Shown: piece after piece, positions 49,404-50,570 of the stretch
Layout of the letters: every line of letters starts with the position of its first letter
How positions within the stretch are numbered: position 1 is the stretch's first letter
DNA from: Catajapyx aquilonaris
Taxonomy: Eukaryota
Reading direction: 5' to 3'
Length of the DNA stretch: 50,570 bases
NCBI GenBank assembly: GCA_000934665.2
Contig: JYFJ02002806.1
Coordinates: forward strand, 1-50,570
Notes under the pieces: generated by a model
Databases searched by the model: none
Told to the model about the DNA's origin: nothing
Seen by the model: only the letters and a program-made list of their open reading frames with translations
Position numbers and translations under genes: made by a program

Positions 49404-50570
49404 TTAATGGGAGGGGGCGGTCACTTTTTTCGAAGAAAAAAGTCTTAAATTTAATCATTCAGAAAATTGAAGAATTCAGGTTAGTGTGGGCCGTCCCCAG
49501 CCCCCACCCTACCGCTGCCCAAGTGGGTGCATTTACCTTATATCTGGGAGTTCCATTCTCAAACCTATCACCCCCCAAAAATTTGCTCCCAGAAATTTAA
49601 CTATAGGTCCAATAAAATCACCAGCACATGCAAATGATTCGGCACACTTTTTAGGGCATTTTCAATGGTTTGTTGCAGGCTGACCTTTGACCTGAAAGGC
49701 CCTAATATTAAGTTTTTGGTCTGGGGCGAGGCCCTACCTCGGTCTCCATCTGTCGGGTCTCTCGTAATGAAACTGTACATAGCACAGTACATAGATATAC
49801 AGTATATCTCTCCATGTGAACAAGTATGCCCCCGGCTAGCCAAATGCAGCAAAGACCCAGTTGGCTGGTATCAGTATGAATGTGACGTCGGCGAGTGGTC
49901 ATCGTGACCTCCTTGGGGTCATCAGGACGGACATTCGGCGTCACTGTTTCGTGGCATTGCTCTATATGGGTTAATGAAATAATAAATCCCCACCCGCTTC
50001 TGCTGTGGGTGGAGATGCGCATATATCGTCGACGCGGTTTTAGATAGGCAAATTTTCGTGTAGGCTTGGTGACCTTCCTGTCTCTTTGACCTTACATATT
50101 CCCCCCTTACCACCCCCGCCCCGCTCGCTAGTAGGCTAGTAGGCTAGGGCAGCATACTTGTTCACATGGAGAGATGTTATCTATGTCTGTGCTCTGTACA
50201 GTCTCATTACGAGAGACCAGACAGATGGAGACCGAGGTAGGGCCTCGCCCCAGACCAAAAACCTAATATTAGGGGTTTTCAGGTCAAAGGTCAGCCTGCA
50301 ACAAACCATTGAAAATGCCCTAAAAAGTGTGCTGATTAATTTGCATGTGCTTGTGAATTTATTGGACATATAGTTAAATTTCTGGGAGCAAATTTTTGGG
50401 GGGTGATAGGTTTGAGAATGGAACTCCCAGATATAAGGTAAATGCACCCACTTGGGCAGCGGTAGGGTGGGGGCTGGGGATGGCCCACACTAACCTGAAT
50501 TCTTCAATTTTCTGAATGATTAAATTTAAGACCTTTTTCTTCGAAAAAAGGGACCGCCCCCTCCCATTAA
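49404..50570. mobile_element. Foldback / long-TIR non-autonomous element, truncated by the window end
   Basis: 49404-49829 is the near-identical reverse complement of 50152-50570 (arms of at least about 420 bp) around a spacer of about 320 bp. The right arm runs off the window, so true termini and TSD are not visible. Confidence 0.85.

Noticed and set aside
49895..49960. CTGATGA and CGAAAC on the minus strand, suggesting a hammerhead ribozyme
   Set aside because: Stems I and II cannot be formed in the required arrangement.
1..50570. Prokaryotic systems (CRISPR arrays, operons, defence islands)
   Set aside because: The sequence is spliceosomal-intron eukaryotic DNA and no regularly spaced repeat-spacer array was seen.

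Overview
Eukaryotic, intron-containing animal DNA, most likely from an arthropod (inferred from insect-like PDE1 and DRC5 N-termini and many 53-64 nt introns). Five spliced genes can be assembled by hand with consistent intron phases: a Ca2+/calmodulin-dependent phosphodiesterase PDE1 (+, 12 coding exons, 5114-29983), the TALE homeobox gene Mohawk (-, 33847-31710, with a GC-AG first intron), mitochondrial ribosomal protein L10 (-, 36921-35814), the WD40 protein AAMP (+, 38510-42550) and the dynein regulatory complex subunit DRC5/TCTE1 (+, 43537-45716). The window also holds one intact tRNA-Ala(TGC), two degenerate tRNA-like units, several MITEs and a long foldback inverted repeat cut by the window end. 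The most unusual signal is a pair of tRNA-headed SINEs (955-1348 on -, 39007-39371 on +). They are very divergent in sequence but share an identical 16-mer and a collinear series of hairpins with compensatory changes. Other leads are candidate alternative PDE1 exons, an RFX X-box plus forkhead module upstream of DRC5, a long DRC5 C-terminal extension and two possible small spliced ORFs. All calls are by eye; no database search or folding program was run, so novelty is untested.
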